The position numbers and the translations under genes were made by a program. The notes under the pieces are model-generated. The model did no database searches, was not told where the DNA came from, and worked only from the letters and a program-made list of their open reading frames with translations. 64,000 nt of DNA. It comes from Candidatus Falkowbacteria bacterium. GTDB taxonomy: Bacteria; Patescibacteriota; Patescibacteriia; Patescibacteriales; GWE2-39-37. The first letter of the stretch is position 1. Each line of letters opens with the position of its first letter. The DNA lies in NCBI GenBank assembly GCA_013336275.1, contig JAAXUA010000001.1, forward strand, positions 142,167 to 206,166. The letters are read 5' to 3'. Shown here piece after piece: positions 9,718-19,598 of this stretch.

Positions 9718-10584
9718 ATGAAAATATTAGTTTTGGGCGCCCAGGGTAATCTGGGTCAACAATTAGTGAAGGTTTTCAGCGCCGACCCGATGTGTTCGGT
9801 GATAGGTTGGGACCGGAGCGAGATCGACGTGACCGACAAGGGCTTGATCAAAAAGAAGATCGATGACCTCAAGCCATCGGTAATCATCAACGCCGTAGCC
9901 TATAACGCTGTTGACCACATGGAGACTGACGAAGGCTGGGCTGTGGCCAAGAAGCTTAATGTCGAGGCTGTGGCCAATCTGGCTAAAGAGGCCCTTTCTA
10001 TCGGAGCGATCTTGGTTCATTTTTCGACTGACTACGTCTTTGCCGGCGACAACGAAGCCGGATACAAGGAGGACGATGAGCCCAGACCGATCAGCAAATA
10101 TGGCGAAAGCAAGCTGCAGGGCGAACAGGAGATCATCCGCTTGTCTGGCAGGGGGTTGAAGTGGTATGTCATCCGTACGTCAAAACTGTTCGGTCCGCAG
10201 GGCGCCAGCGAATTGGCCAAGCCGAGTTTCTTCGATGTGATGCTCAAATTAGCCCGCGAGAAGAAAGAGCTGGAGATAGTCAATGAGGAAGTTAGCTGCT
10301 TCACCTATACGCCGGATTTAGCCCAAAGGACCAAGGATATCATTGACGGAGATTACGGTTATGGCATCTACCATGTCACTAACGCCAAGCCTGTCACCTG
10401 GTACCATGCAGCAAAGGAACTATTCAAACAGGCAGGTTTGAAAATCAAGATAATCCCGGTGACTTCGGATAAGTTTCCGCGTCCAGCCAAGCGCCCGAAA
10501 TATTCAGCGCTGCTCAATACCAAGCTCAAGAAGATGCGCAGCTGGCAGGATGCTTTGAAGGAATATTTAGCTATTAAGAAATAA
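9718..10584 (+). CDS. rfbD: dTDP-4-dehydrorhamnose reductase
   Basis: 288 aa. Motifs MKILVLGAQGNLG, FSTDYVF, YGESKLQGE and PRPAKRPKYSAL. Confidence 0.85.
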   Translation: MKILVLGAQGNLGQQLVKVFSADPMCSVIGWDRSEIDVTDKGLIKKKIDDLKPSVIINAVAYNAVDHMETDEGWAVAKKLNVEAVANLAKEALSIGAILVHFSTDYVFAGDNEAGYKEDDEPRPISKYGESKLQGEQEIIRLSGRGLKWYVIRTSKLFGPQGASELAKPSFFDVMLKLAREKKELEIVNEEVSCFTYTPDLAQRTKDIIDGDYGYGIYHVTNAKPVTWYHAAKELFKQAGLKIKIIPVTSDKFPRPAKRPKYSALLNTKLKKMRSWQDALKEYLAIKK

Positions 10585-10586
10585 CT

Positions 10587-11312
10587 ATGAAAGGAATCAT
10601 CTTATCAGGAGGGTCGGGAACACGGTTGAGGCCGCTGACCAAAATCACGTCGAAGCAGTTGCTGCCGGTCTATAATAAGCCGATGATCTATTATCCCTTG
10701 AATACCCTTATCAAGGCGGGTATCAAGGAAATCCTGATCATCGTCGCGCCGGAGCGGGCCGGCGACTACCTCAATCTTCTAGGGTCAGGCAAAGAATTCG
10801 GGGTCAAATTTACCTACGAAATCCAGGATAAGCCGGCCGGTTTGCCGGAAGCTTTCGTCATCGGCGAGTCGTTCATCGGCTGCGACGACGTAACCATGAT
10901 CTTGGGCGATAATATATTTGAGGACGACTTTTCTAGCGATATCAAAAATTTCAAGTCAGGTGCCAAGGTTTTTGCTAAGAAAGTCTCTGATCCTGAGCGC
11001 TTCGGCGTCGTCAAGTTTGATGACCAGATGCATGCGGTGCAAGTCGAAGAGAAGCCGCAGGATTGGATTAGCGATTACGCGCTGACAGGATTGTACGTTT
11101 ACGACAATCGCGTGGTCGAAGTGGCTAAGAACTGCAAGCCGAGCGCTCGCGGCGAGTATGAAATAGTCGATCTTCACCGCTGGTATTTGGAAAGGGGTGA
11201 ATTAGACGTCGCCATGGTCAATGGCGAGTGGCTTGATGCCGGTACTTTCGAAAGCCTCCTGCACGCCCAGAATTTTGCCAAAGAAAAGATGCAGGACAAG
11301 ATGGTAATCTAA
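10587..11312 (+). CDS. rfbA: Glucose-1-phosphate thymidylyltransferase (short form)
   Basis: 241 aa. Begins MKGIILSGGSGTRLRPLTKITSKQLLPVYNKPMIYYPL; also LGDNIF. Confidence 0.8.
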   Translation: MKGIILSGGSGTRLRPLTKITSKQLLPVYNKPMIYYPLNTLIKAGIKEILIIVAPERAGDYLNLLGSGKEFGVKFTYEIQDKPAGLPEAFVIGESFIGCDDVTMILGDNIFEDDFSSDIKNFKSGAKVFAKKVSDPERFGVVKFDDQMHAVQVEEKPQDWISDYALTGLYVYDNRVVEVAKNCKPSARGEYEIVDLHRWYLERGELDVAMVNGEWLDAGTFESLLHAQNFAKEKMQDKMVI

Positions 11313-12269
11313 ATGACTGACCATAAAGAGAAAATTTGGGTGGGTTTCATCGCTTACGGCGAGTCGACTTTAAAGTACCTCCCGTATTTTCTTGATTCGC
11401 TAGCCGGGCAAACTGGCGTCGAACTGAAGGTCGTGGCCTTTGATAATACCGAGACCGACAGCGCCAATTTTGACTATCTGCACTCCCGCTCTGAGGTCGA
11501 GGTTTTGTCAGCCGGGAGGAATCTCGGCTTCGGCAAAGCATATAATTTAATGATCGCTCGTGCAGTTTCTGACGGGGCAAGATATTTTTTCGTAGTGAAT
11601 CCCGATATTATCCTGGAAGCGTCAGCGATAAGCGTGTTGGCTGGGGTGCTGGATGCCGACAGCTCATTGTCATCAGCTTGCCCTAAGCTGAGGCGCTGGA
11701 ATTTTGAAAAATCTGAAAAGACCGACATGATCGATAGTTGCGGCATCGTGCTGCGGCCGAGCTTGCAATTTTTTGACTTAGGGCAGGGTGAAAATGATGA
11801 CGGGCAGTATGATAAGGCTGACATCCTCGGACCATCGGGTGCAGCAGGGCTTTTCCGCCTCGAATCCTTGGAGGGAATAAAGGAGGAGGGGCAATATTTC
11901 GATGAGCACTTCTTCATGTATAAGGAAGACTGCGATCTTGCTATGCGTTTAGTACTTAGAGGAAGCAAATCTCGGCTCGTGGCCAGTGCGGTCGGCTATC
12001 ACGATCGCACCGCAGCAGGTAAGGGCGAAGGATTGCTTTCGCGCATCAGCAGCCGCAGCGGGAAATCGAGGCTGGTCAGAAGTTGGTCGTTCGTCAATCA
12101 GCAGCTGATATATTGCAAATATTGGCGAACGCTCGGTTTTATTGAAAAATTGAGGCTAGTCAGGCAGCAATGCTATCTTCTGGCGTATGTCTGCCTATTC
12201 GAACCCTATCTCTTACTTGAATTGAGGCAGATTGCCATAAAGAGGCGAGGGCTGAAATACTATGAATAA
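11313..12269 (+). CDS. Glycosyltransferase family 2
   Basis: 318 aa. Motifs AFDNTETD, GRNLGFGKAYN and FMYKEDCDLAMRL. Confidence 0.75.
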   Translation: MTDHKEKIWVGFIAYGESTLKYLPYFLDSLAGQTGVELKVVAFDNTETDSANFDYLHSRSEVEVLSAGRNLGFGKAYNLMIARAVSDGARYFFVVNPDIILEASAISVLAGVLDADSSLSSACPKLRRWNFEKSEKTDMIDSCGIVLRPSLQFFDLGQGENDDGQYDKADILGPSGAAGLFRLESLEGIKEEGQYFDEHFFMYKEDCDLAMRLVLRGSKSRLVASAVGYHDRTAAGKGEGLLSRISSRSGKSRLVRSWSFVNQQLIYCKYWRTLGFIEKLRLVRQQCYLLAYVCLFEPYLLLELRQIAIKRRGLKYYE

Positions 12270-13131
12270 AGTCGATCTATCAATCATTATCGTTTCGTGG
12301 AATGTAAAGGACAAGCTCAGGGAAAACCTGCAGGCCTTGCATGCTAGCACCGGCGAGTTGAACTTCGAGATTTTTGTCGTGGACAATGATTCGGCCGATG
12401 GCACTGCCGAAATGGTCGCAAGCGAGTTTCCTTGGATTAATCTGATTGCCAACAAGGAAAATCTCGGCTTTGCCAAGGCCAATAATCAGGCGATCGTTTC
12501 GGCCAGAGGTGACTACATTTTATTGCTCAATCCGGACATGAAACCCGCACCTGACACCATGGTCAAGATGGTTGATTGGATGAGAATCAATCCTCAGGCG
12601 GCCATTGCCGGGTGCCATCTCATCAATGAAACAGGTATTACCGTAAAGCATGTGCGCCGTTTTCCGGCTTTTGCCGACCAGCTGGCGATCGTTCTGAAGC
12701 TGCCCCATCTTTTCAGCGGCATTCTTGGTCGCTATCTGAGAGAAGATTTTGATTACACCCAGCCAGCACGTGTCGATTCGGTCCGTGGCGGATTTTTCAT
12801 GCTCCGTAAAGAGACTGTCCGCGACATCGGCTTGTTGGACGAAGATTATTTTATCTGGTTCGAAGAAGTCGATTATTGCCGTCGGGCAGAGAAGAAGGGT
12901 TTAGAGGTCTGGTATACGCCCGTATCAGAGTGTGTGGATTATGTCGGACAAAGCTTCAAGCAAGTCAAGCGCGGCACGACTCAGAAATATTTTCAGGACA
13001 GCATGCTCAAATATTTCAAAAAATGGCACCCGGGTTGGCAGTATTGGATATTGAAATCGGCTTGGCCGATCGGCAGGACCGCTGCCGTCTTGGCAGAGAA
13101 GATTAAAGTCAGACCTACCGCCAAAACTTAA
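12262..13131 (+). CDS. Glycosyltransferase family 2
   Basis: 289 aa. Motifs LSIIIVSWN, VVDNDSADGT, ENLGFAKANN and FIWFEEVDYCRR. Confidence 0.8.
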   Translation: MNKVDLSIIIVSWNVKDKLRENLQALHASTGELNFEIFVVDNDSADGTAEMVASEFPWINLIANKENLGFAKANNQAIVSARGDYILLLNPDMKPAPDTMVKMVDWMRINPQAAIAGCHLINETGITVKHVRRFPAFADQLAIVLKLPHLFSGILGRYLREDFDYTQPARVDSVRGGFFMLRKETVRDIGLLDEDYFIWFEEVDYCRRAEKKGLEVWYTPVSECVDYVGQSFKQVKRGTTQKYFQDSMLKYFKKWHPGWQYWILKSAWPIGRTAAVLAEKIKVRPTAKT

Positions 13132-13158
13132 AAGACCATCCTTGTCGGATGGTCTTTT
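13130..13158. terminator. Bidirectional intrinsic terminator
   Basis: AAAAGACCATCC-TTGTC-GGATGGTCTTTT between convergent genes. Confidence 0.75.
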
Positions 13159-13161
13159 AAG

Positions 13162-14649
13162 TTATAGCGCTTGCTGGTGATAGTACTCCACGGGGGAGAA
13201 ATCGTCAGTCAAAATCGGCATGTCGTCTTCTATAGGTTTGACCCATCTGGCGTCGAGCATGGTCTGCAATTGTTTGTCGTCGGTTTTGAAATCGAATCGT
13301 GATGGGTTCTTCGAGGCGACCAGCATTACGTTCTGGGTCGTTTGACTGTCTTTGCCTGGCTTTACCGGGAAGAGGTAAACCTGAGGAAACACAGATTTGA
13401 AAGTCGCAATTTCAGCTCGCAGAAATTTGCCCCGCTTGCCTTCGATGCCCGATATGATATTGAGCATAACTACGCCGTTTTCGTTCAGGATGGAACTCAT
13501 CTGCTTGGCAGTCTCGACGGTCGTCATTTGGTGGGGGATATTGGTTGAAGCGAAAACATCGCTGTAAATGGCATCGTATTTTTCAGTAGTGTTGTTCATA
13601 TAGATTCTGGCGTCTTCATGGAAGATGCGCAAGCGGGGATTGGCGGCATCGAGATGAAAATATTTCTTCGCCACCTCGGTCATGCCTGGATCGATTTCCG
13701 CGACATCGATACTCGACTTGGGATAGTGTTCAAGAAAATAGGAGGGGTAGGTGTAGGCTGCACCGCCCAGCATCAGCGACTTCGTGGATTTCGGATTGAA
13801 GTACTCTGCCAGCTGGTAATATTTCATATAATCGAAAACCGGCTCATTAGAATCAAGAAAGCGCCCGGATTGGGCGCCTTTAAAATCCGTTTGCATTAGC
13901 AGTACAGGCTTTCCCGTCTCTTCATCCGTTATCTGGTGCAGCCAAAGCCGGTTATACCTGGTATCGATATCTATGATGTCCGCTCGGACATAGGGCTTAG
14001 TTATGGGAGTTGGGACCAAAATCAACAGTGCGAAAGCGGCGATGGCTATTGATTTCTGAATGACCGAGTCCTGCCGGTAGGCCACGAGAGACAAGATAAT
14101 CAGCGTTATGGCCAGGCCAAAGACGATGTTGCTTGTGCCAAAAGTGGGAATTAGGAAAAACCCGGCAAAGAAAGTTCCGGCGATGCTGCCGATTGTCGAT
14201 ATGGCGTAAAGATTGCCGACAGTCTTGCCAGAGGTGCCGACACTATCGATCTTGAGTCTGACGGCATAAGGCGAGACGAGGCCGGCCAAGATGCTGGCTG
14301 GCGCAAAAAGAATCAATGAGGAAACGATGGCAAACACCGAAGTGAAGTGCCTCATCACCGGAAAAGCCGCAGTCAGGAGCGGGTCTTTTATGATTCCAGC
14401 CAGCCCGATGCACAAACCGTTGAAAAAAATTATTAAAGAAAGCTGCTTAAGGCTGGGGTTCTTGTCGGCTAATTTTCCACCGAGCCAATAGCCGATGCTT
14501 AAGCTGCCGAGGATTATACCGATGATCGAAGTCCAAACATAAAGCGAGGTGCCAAGGTAGGGGGCTAGAATCCTTGATCCAGCCAATTCGAAAATCATGA
14601 CGACCGCGCCGCTGACAAAGACGGCAATTTCTAGCAGGTTATTTTTCAT
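13162..14649 (-). CDS. Membrane-fused spermidine synthase-like (class I SAM/aminopropyl transferase fold) protein
   Basis: 495 aa. About 7 N-terminal TM helices, then LMLGGAAYTYPSYF...VAEIDPGMTEVAKKYF...YDAIYSDVF, typical of spermidine-synthase-like domains. Confidence 0.7.
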   Translation of the reverse strand: MKNNLLEIAVFVSGAVVMIFELAGSRILAPYLGTSLYVWTSIIGIILGSLSIGYWLGGKLADKNPSLKQLSLIIFFNGLCIGLAGIIKDPLLTAAFPVMRHFTSVFAIVSSLILFAPASILAGLVSPYAVRLKIDSVGTSGKTVGNLYAISTIGSIAGTFFAGFFLIPTFGTSNIVFGLAITLIILSLVAYRQDSVIQKSIAIAAFALLILVPTPITKPYVRADIIDIDTRYNRLWLHQITDEETGKPVLLMQTDFKGAQSGRFLDSNEPVFDYMKYYQLAEYFNPKSTKSLMLGGAAYTYPSYFLEHYPKSSIDVAEIDPGMTEVAKKYFHLDAANPRLRIFHEDARIYMNNTTEKYDAIYSDVFASTNIPHQMTTVETAKQMSSILNENGVVMLNIISGIEGKRGKFLRAEIATFKSVFPQVYLFPVKPGKDSQTTQNVMLVASKNPSRFDFKTDDKQLQTMLDARWVKPIEDDMPILTDDFSPVEYYHQQAL

Positions 14650-14725
14650 GAGTTGAGTATTATGGGTTAATGAAGTAAAATTAAGATATTGATATTATAT
14701 AATTTTAGCTATTTTTTGTAAAACC

Positions 14726-15391
14726 ATGAAAAAAATATACCTATTTGCGCTTTTAGCTTTCCTCTTGGCAGGTTGCGCCGCCGAAACGGAAGGCCCGGCA
14801 AAAAAGACTTACAGCCAGACTCTGGTCGGTGCCTTGAACCAAGGCAAGGAAATTACGGAGTATAACAACCAGAGGGTCAAAACTATAAATGAAGAAGCGG
14901 AGCTCCTCCCCACGGCACCCAAGACTACGGCAGAACAGGACCCCATCAAGGTTGAAAAGACTTATTATAAAGTCGTTAAGGTAATCGATGGTGATACGAT
15001 CGATGTGGAGATAGAGGGCAAAGCCCAGCGTCTAAGATTGATCGGCATCAATACGCCCGAAACTGTCGACCCGCGCCGCCCGGTGGAATGTTTCGGCAAA
15101 GAGGCCTCCGTCAAAGCGAAGGAGTTTCTGAACGGTCAGGAGGTCGAGCTTGAGAGCGACCCGACCCAGACAGACCGCGATAAGTACGGCCGCTTGCTAC
15201 GCTATGTCAGGACTAAAGAGGGGCTATTTTATAACTTAGAAATAATCAAGCAGGGGTACGCTTACGAGTATACTTATGATAACCCCTACAAGTATCAGAA
15301 AGAGTTCAAGTCCGCCCAGCTTGAGGCTAAAAACAGCGGGCGCGGCTTATGGGCCGACGGGGCTTGCGGTCTGACCAACGTTGCTCAATGA
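14726..15391 (+). CDS. Thermonuclease (staphylococcal nuclease homologue) lipoprotein
   Basis: Lipobox LLAGC. Motifs DGDTIDV, RLRLIGINTPE, DRDKYGRLLRYV and RGLWA. Confidence 0.8.
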   Translation: MKKIYLFALLAFLLAGCAAETEGPAKKTYSQTLVGALNQGKEITEYNNQRVKTINEEAELLPTAPKTTAEQDPIKVEKTYYKVVKVIDGDTIDVEIEGKAQRLRLIGINTPETVDPRRPVECFGKEASVKAKEFLNGQEVELESDPTQTDRDKYGRLLRYVRTKEGLFYNLEIIKQGYAYEYTYDNPYKYQKEFKSAQLEAKNSGRGLWADGACGLTNVAQ

Positions 15392-15444
15392 TATTGATTT
15401 ATCATCTAAGATAAGCTAAAATATAATCTGAATTAAGCTATATT

Positions 15445-16509
15445 ATGGCGAAAAAAGTCGCTATCATAATCAGCCCGAATTGGCGTGATTATGCCAAAAA
15501 ATACTTAACCGACTGCCTGGTCGGTGTCAGAACGCAAGATTGGACCGGTGAGTCCAAGCTTTTTTTAGTTGATAATGAGACTAGTGAGGAAAGTTACGCA
15601 TACCTCAAGAGCCAAGCTCCTGAGGCTGAAATTATTCGGAACGTCGACAATGCAGGTTTCGCCAAGGGCAACAATGTCGCCATGCGTAGCGCGATGGAGC
15701 AAGGTTTTGATTATGTCCTGCTTCTGAACATGGATACTATCGCCCACCAAAGCGCCGTATCGGAATTGGTCAAGGCGGTTGAGCGCGATGAGTCTATTGG
15801 CGCAGTGCAAGCACGCCTGATGCTTTGGCCGGATAAGGAGAAGGTTAACAGCCTGGGCAATGCTACCCATTTCATGGGCTTCGGTTATTGCGAGGGTTAC
15901 GGTAATGACGGCGCGAAACTTGATTTGAAAAGCATGGAGGACAAGGCGATCTTTTATCCTTCAGGGGCGGCTGTCATGTTTACAGCCGAGGCCTTGCGCA
16001 CCATCGGATTATTTGATGAGGTGCTTTGGATGTATAACGAAGATCAGGATTTAGGCTGGCGAATTTGGCTGGCTGGTCTCCGCTGCCACTTAGCACCGCA
16101 GGCGGTGGTTTTTCATAAATATGAGTTCAGCCGCAGCATCAGTAAATATTATTGGATGGACCGTAACCGCCTAGTCGTAATTTTCAAGAATTATAAGCTG
16201 GCGACTATTATCCTGATCCTGCCGGCTATGTTGATTATGGAGGTGGGACAACTTCTGTTCGCGGCCAAGGGCGGTTGGTTTAAGGAGAAACTTCGAGTAT
16301 ATGCGTACTTTTTGTACCCCGGCAGCTGGCGCTATATCCTAGCCGGCCGTCGCGGAGTCAAAAACTTGCGCAAAGTGCCTGACAGGGCGATAATTAATAT
16401 GCTTGCCTCGAGGATCGAATTCCAGGAACTGGAATCGTTGCCTTTGCGGATTGCCAATATCATCTTCACCGTTTATTGGCGTGCAATCAAGCGCTTAATA
16501 GTTTGGTAA
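15445..16509 (+). CDS. Glycosyltransferase family 2 with C-terminal membrane segment
   Basis: 354 aa. Motifs LVDNETSEES, NAGFAKGNN and WMYNEDQDLGWR, plus a C-terminal TM helix. Confidence 0.75.
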   Translation: MAKKVAIIISPNWRDYAKKYLTDCLVGVRTQDWTGESKLFLVDNETSEESYAYLKSQAPEAEIIRNVDNAGFAKGNNVAMRSAMEQGFDYVLLLNMDTIAHQSAVSELVKAVERDESIGAVQARLMLWPDKEKVNSLGNATHFMGFGYCEGYGNDGAKLDLKSMEDKAIFYPSGAAVMFTAEALRTIGLFDEVLWMYNEDQDLGWRIWLAGLRCHLAPQAVVFHKYEFSRSISKYYWMDRNRLVVIFKNYKLATIILILPAMLIMEVGQLLFAAKGGWFKEKLRVYAYFLYPGSWRYILAGRRGVKNLRKVPDRAIINMLASRIEFQELESLPLRIANIIFTVYWRAIKRLIVW

Positions 16510-16513
16510 CAAG

Positions 16514-17302
16514 ATGGACCTAAGCATCATCATCGTAAATTATAATACCCGCGACAAGACTTTGGCTTGTCTGGCTTCGCTCGCTCGTGCTGATTTTTTC
16601 GGCTTAGAGAAGGAGGTTATTTTGGTTGACAACGATTCTTCGGAACCGATAGAACAGGATGCTAAAAGGGCGCTTGAAGGCTTGGTTTTTATCAAAAACA
16701 GCGCGAATGTCGGCATGGGTGCGGGCAACAATGTCGGTATCAGGCAGTCGCGCGGCGAGTTCGTGCTAGTGCTTAATCCGGACACGGAAGTCGAGCCTAA
16801 GGCGATTGCGACGATGGTCTATTATCTCAGGCAAAACCCGGGCACAGGCCTGGTCGGACCGGAGCTGGTCTATCCTGACGGCACCCCGCAGGACTCATGC
16901 TACCGTTACCCCAATCTGGTCTTGCCGCTAGTCAGGCGGACTTTCTTGGGCGGTTTTGCTAAAGATTATCTGGATTATTATCTATTAAAAAATCTTGACC
17001 TTAAGAAACCCCAGGCCGTCGATTGGATCATGGGGTCATGCCTTTTGATCCGTCGGAAAGTTTTGGATCAGGTCGGGCTTTTTGATGAGCGTTTTTTCAT
17101 GTATTTCGAGGACACCGACCTTTGCCGCCGCATCAATCTTGCCGGCTTCAAAGTGGTCTACCTGCCATCGGCGCGAGTAGTCCATCACCATAGCCGGGCC
17201 AGCGCCAAGAAGCATTGGCTCGTAGCGCTGTTTGCCAACAAGATGTCCAGAGTCCATCTTTGTTCCTTGCTCAAATATTCTCTCAAATGGAAATTTAAAT
17301 AA
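16514..17302 (+). CDS. Glycosyltransferase family 2
   Basis: 262 aa. Motifs LSIIIVNYN, LVDNDSSE, NVGMGAGNN and FMYFEDTDLCRR. Confidence 0.8.
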   Translation: MDLSIIIVNYNTRDKTLACLASLARADFFGLEKEVILVDNDSSEPIEQDAKRALEGLVFIKNSANVGMGAGNNVGIRQSRGEFVLVLNPDTEVEPKAIATMVYYLRQNPGTGLVGPELVYPDGTPQDSCYRYPNLVLPLVRRTFLGGFAKDYLDYYLLKNLDLKKPQAVDWIMGSCLLIRRKVLDQVGLFDERFFMYFEDTDLCRRINLAGFKVVYLPSARVVHHHSRASAKKHWLVALFANKMSRVHLCSLLKYSLKWKFK

Positions 17303-17307
17303 AAATT

Positions 17308-18174
17308 ATGAAAATCAAGAAAGCCATCGTGGCGGTTGCCGGTTCAGGAACGCGCCTATTGCCAGCCACAAAGTCGATGCCCAAGGAAATGCTCCCGATC
17401 GTCGATAAGCCCATCATCCAGCTGGTTGTCGAAGAACTGGTTGAAGCCGGCATCCAGGACATTATCCTGGTCACCAAGTGGGATAAGAAGCCTTTGGAAG
17501 ATCATTTTGATTATAACTGGGCTTTGACCCATGAATTGAAGCAGGCAGGGAAGGAGCATCTTTTGGATGAGGTCAAAAAGATCGCCGATATGGCTAATTT
17601 TATCTACGTCAGGCAGAAAGGTCCTTACGGCAACGGCACACCGATCCTGTCAGCAGCCAGCTTGGTTGAGGACGAGCCGTTCGTTTTTTGCTTCGGAGAT
17701 GATCTGGTGAAATCGAAAGTATCATTCACCAAGCAGATGGTCAAGGATTATGAAAAACATGGCAATCCCATAATCGCCGTCCAAGAAGTCCCGAAAAGCC
17801 AGGTGAATCGCTATGGCATAGTCAAGCTAAGGAGCAAGACCATGGAAATCGAGGACATCATCGAGAAGCCATCAATCGAGGAGGCGCCTTCACGGCTGGC
17901 TGATTTCGGCCGCATGGTCCTCAATCAGGAAATAGTGGACATCCTCAAAAAGACCGCCCTGGGAAAAGGGAACGAGCTCTGGATAGTCGATGCCATCAGG
18001 ACTTATGTCAAAAATGGGGGCAAATTCATGGCCAAGACAGTCGAAGACGGCGAATGGCTGACTACTGGCGATCCGCTGAATTATATCACTACGATTATGA
18101 AATATGCCTTCGACCGCAAAGATATAGGCAAGGAGGTTAGAAAATTCGCTAAAGATTTGTTGGAAAAGAAATAG
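17308..18174 (+). CDS. galU: UTP--glucose-1-phosphate uridylyltransferase
   Basis: 288 aa. Begins AIVAVAGSGTRLLPATKSMPKEMLPIVDKPIIQ; also RYGIV. Confidence 0.85.
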   Translation: MKIKKAIVAVAGSGTRLLPATKSMPKEMLPIVDKPIIQLVVEELVEAGIQDIILVTKWDKKPLEDHFDYNWALTHELKQAGKEHLLDEVKKIADMANFIYVRQKGPYGNGTPILSAASLVEDEPFVFCFGDDLVKSKVSFTKQMVKDYEKHGNPIIAVQEVPKSQVNRYGIVKLRSKTMEIEDIIEKPSIEEAPSRLADFGRMVLNQEIVDILKKTALGKGNELWIVDAIRTYVKNGGKFMAKTVEDGEWLTTGDPLNYITTIMKYAFDRKDIGKEVRKFAKDLLEKK

Positions 18175-18215
18175 CCATAAAAAAACGCGCCCTTCGTGGG
18201 CGCGTTTTTTTATGG
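18175..18215. terminator. Bidirectional intrinsic terminator
   Basis: CCATAAAAAAACGCGCCC-TTCG-TGGGCGCGTTTTTTTATGG. Confidence 0.8.
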
Positions 18216-19598
18216 CTAGAGCTCGAGACTAAAGAGTCCTGGCTGGCCTTGTATTTTTCCGATGATATAAAGCATGGTCGATTTCTTGTCTAGGGCGATG
18301 CTCTTGATGTTTTCACCTTCGGCTAGAACGATCGTATTGTGCCTGTCGCGATCATCAAGTTCGAAACTGGTAATCTCGTTGTCAGTCGCATAGATGACAT
18401 AATTATTGCTGGAGTGCCACAGAACCTGGCGGACAGGACGGGCGACGCGGGTCAGGAGGTTTTTCTGCTTGATATTCTTTTCGTAAATGAAAATCTCGGA
18501 CTCATTCCAACCTAGCAGTCGATCTTCCGAGGCCCAATAGCCATTAGTGATATTGCTGATAGTATCTTCAAGCGGGTAGTAGTTATCAAAATTCAACAGG
18601 TGCAAGTTGCCGCTGGCCCGGTCTAATAGGTTCACATGCCCTTGGTCGTAGTTGATGAAGGCGACTTCTTTCGACGACGGTATGGCCGTCTCCCGTATCG
18701 CGGCTCCGCTCCCGAGGTCGTATTGGACTACGATAGATTTAGCTTGGCGATAAAAGGATAAATAGAGCTTGTCGCCGATGTGGACGAAATCCAAGAGCGG
18801 CAGGCCCTTGAGGGTTTGTGGAATGGCTGATTCAGAAAAGAGCGTCACGCTTTTCTGCTCGTTGATATCGTATTGGAAGACTTGGTTGCCGATATGATAG
18901 AACAAAATCGACCCGTTAGAACCCGACCATTTGGCATTCGAGATATTCTTGCCCAATATTTTTTCGATATTGATATCTTGGGTGTCTTGGCCAGGGCGGA
19001 TCAGCGTCTCGCCAGCCAGGGCAAGCTTGCCATCGCTTGACCATATGGCCTTGGCTGAGCTGCTGGCCGAACTGCTGGCGACGACCGTTTGCATCTCGCC
19101 ATCGAACACCTCAGCGGTTTTGTGTCCCGTAGCTAGAAAAAGTTTCGCATCGGGCGAAGCAGCCAGCGCGGTCTTTTCGCCAGCAGACAGCAGTCTTGGC
19201 TGCACCTGCCTGAAAAGGGTAACATCTTCGGCGTATGTCGATTCGCCTGGCTTGATCTGCAGCATCTTCTTCCAGGTCCAGTAACCAGGCAAGCTGAACT
19301 GGACGGCATATTCTCCAGGTATCAGATTCTTTACTTTTGCCGGTGTCGCGATTCTGTCATTCAAGCTCAACAACCTGTTGATGAGGCTGGTTTGCGACTG
19401 CAGATCAAGCTTGATTTCCGCATTCTGCGGGTAGGTGTCGACAATCAGCATTCCTGTTTTGACAAGAGCTTTCTTGCTGAAGCTCAGCTGGTAGCCATTG
19501 GCGTAAAGTATCACCAATGGGGTGATGATGCAGAAAGCGCCGATAAATATGAAATATAGCAATCTTCGTTTGGCTAAGGTCATGGACTGGTTATTCAA
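18216..19598 (-). CDS. PEGA-domain membrane-anchored protein with beta-propeller-like C-terminal region
   Basis: 460 aa. N-terminal TM, then the PEGA-like segment IVDTYPQNAEIKLD...IPGEYAVQFSLPGYWTWKKMLQIKPGEST. Overlaps murA by 8 nt. Confidence 0.6.
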   Translation of the reverse strand: MNNQSMTLAKRRLLYFIFIGAFCIITPLVILYANGYQLSFSKKALVKTGMLIVDTYPQNAEIKLDLQSQTSLINRLLSLNDRIATPAKVKNLIPGEYAVQFSLPGYWTWKKMLQIKPGESTYAEDVTLFRQVQPRLLSAGEKTALAASPDAKLFLATGHKTAEVFDGEMQTVVASSSASSSAKAIWSSDGKLALAGETLIRPGQDTQDINIEKILGKNISNAKWSGSNGSILFYHIGNQVFQYDINEQKSVTLFSESAIPQTLKGLPLLDFVHIGDKLYLSFYRQAKSIVVQYDLGSGAAIRETAIPSSKEVAFINYDQGHVNLLDRASGNLHLLNFDNYYPLEDTISNITNGYWASEDRLLGWNESEIFIYEKNIKQKNLLTRVARPVRQVLWHSSNNYVIYATDNEITSFELDDRDRHNTIVLAEGENIKSIALDKKSTMLYIIGKIQGQPGLFSLEL

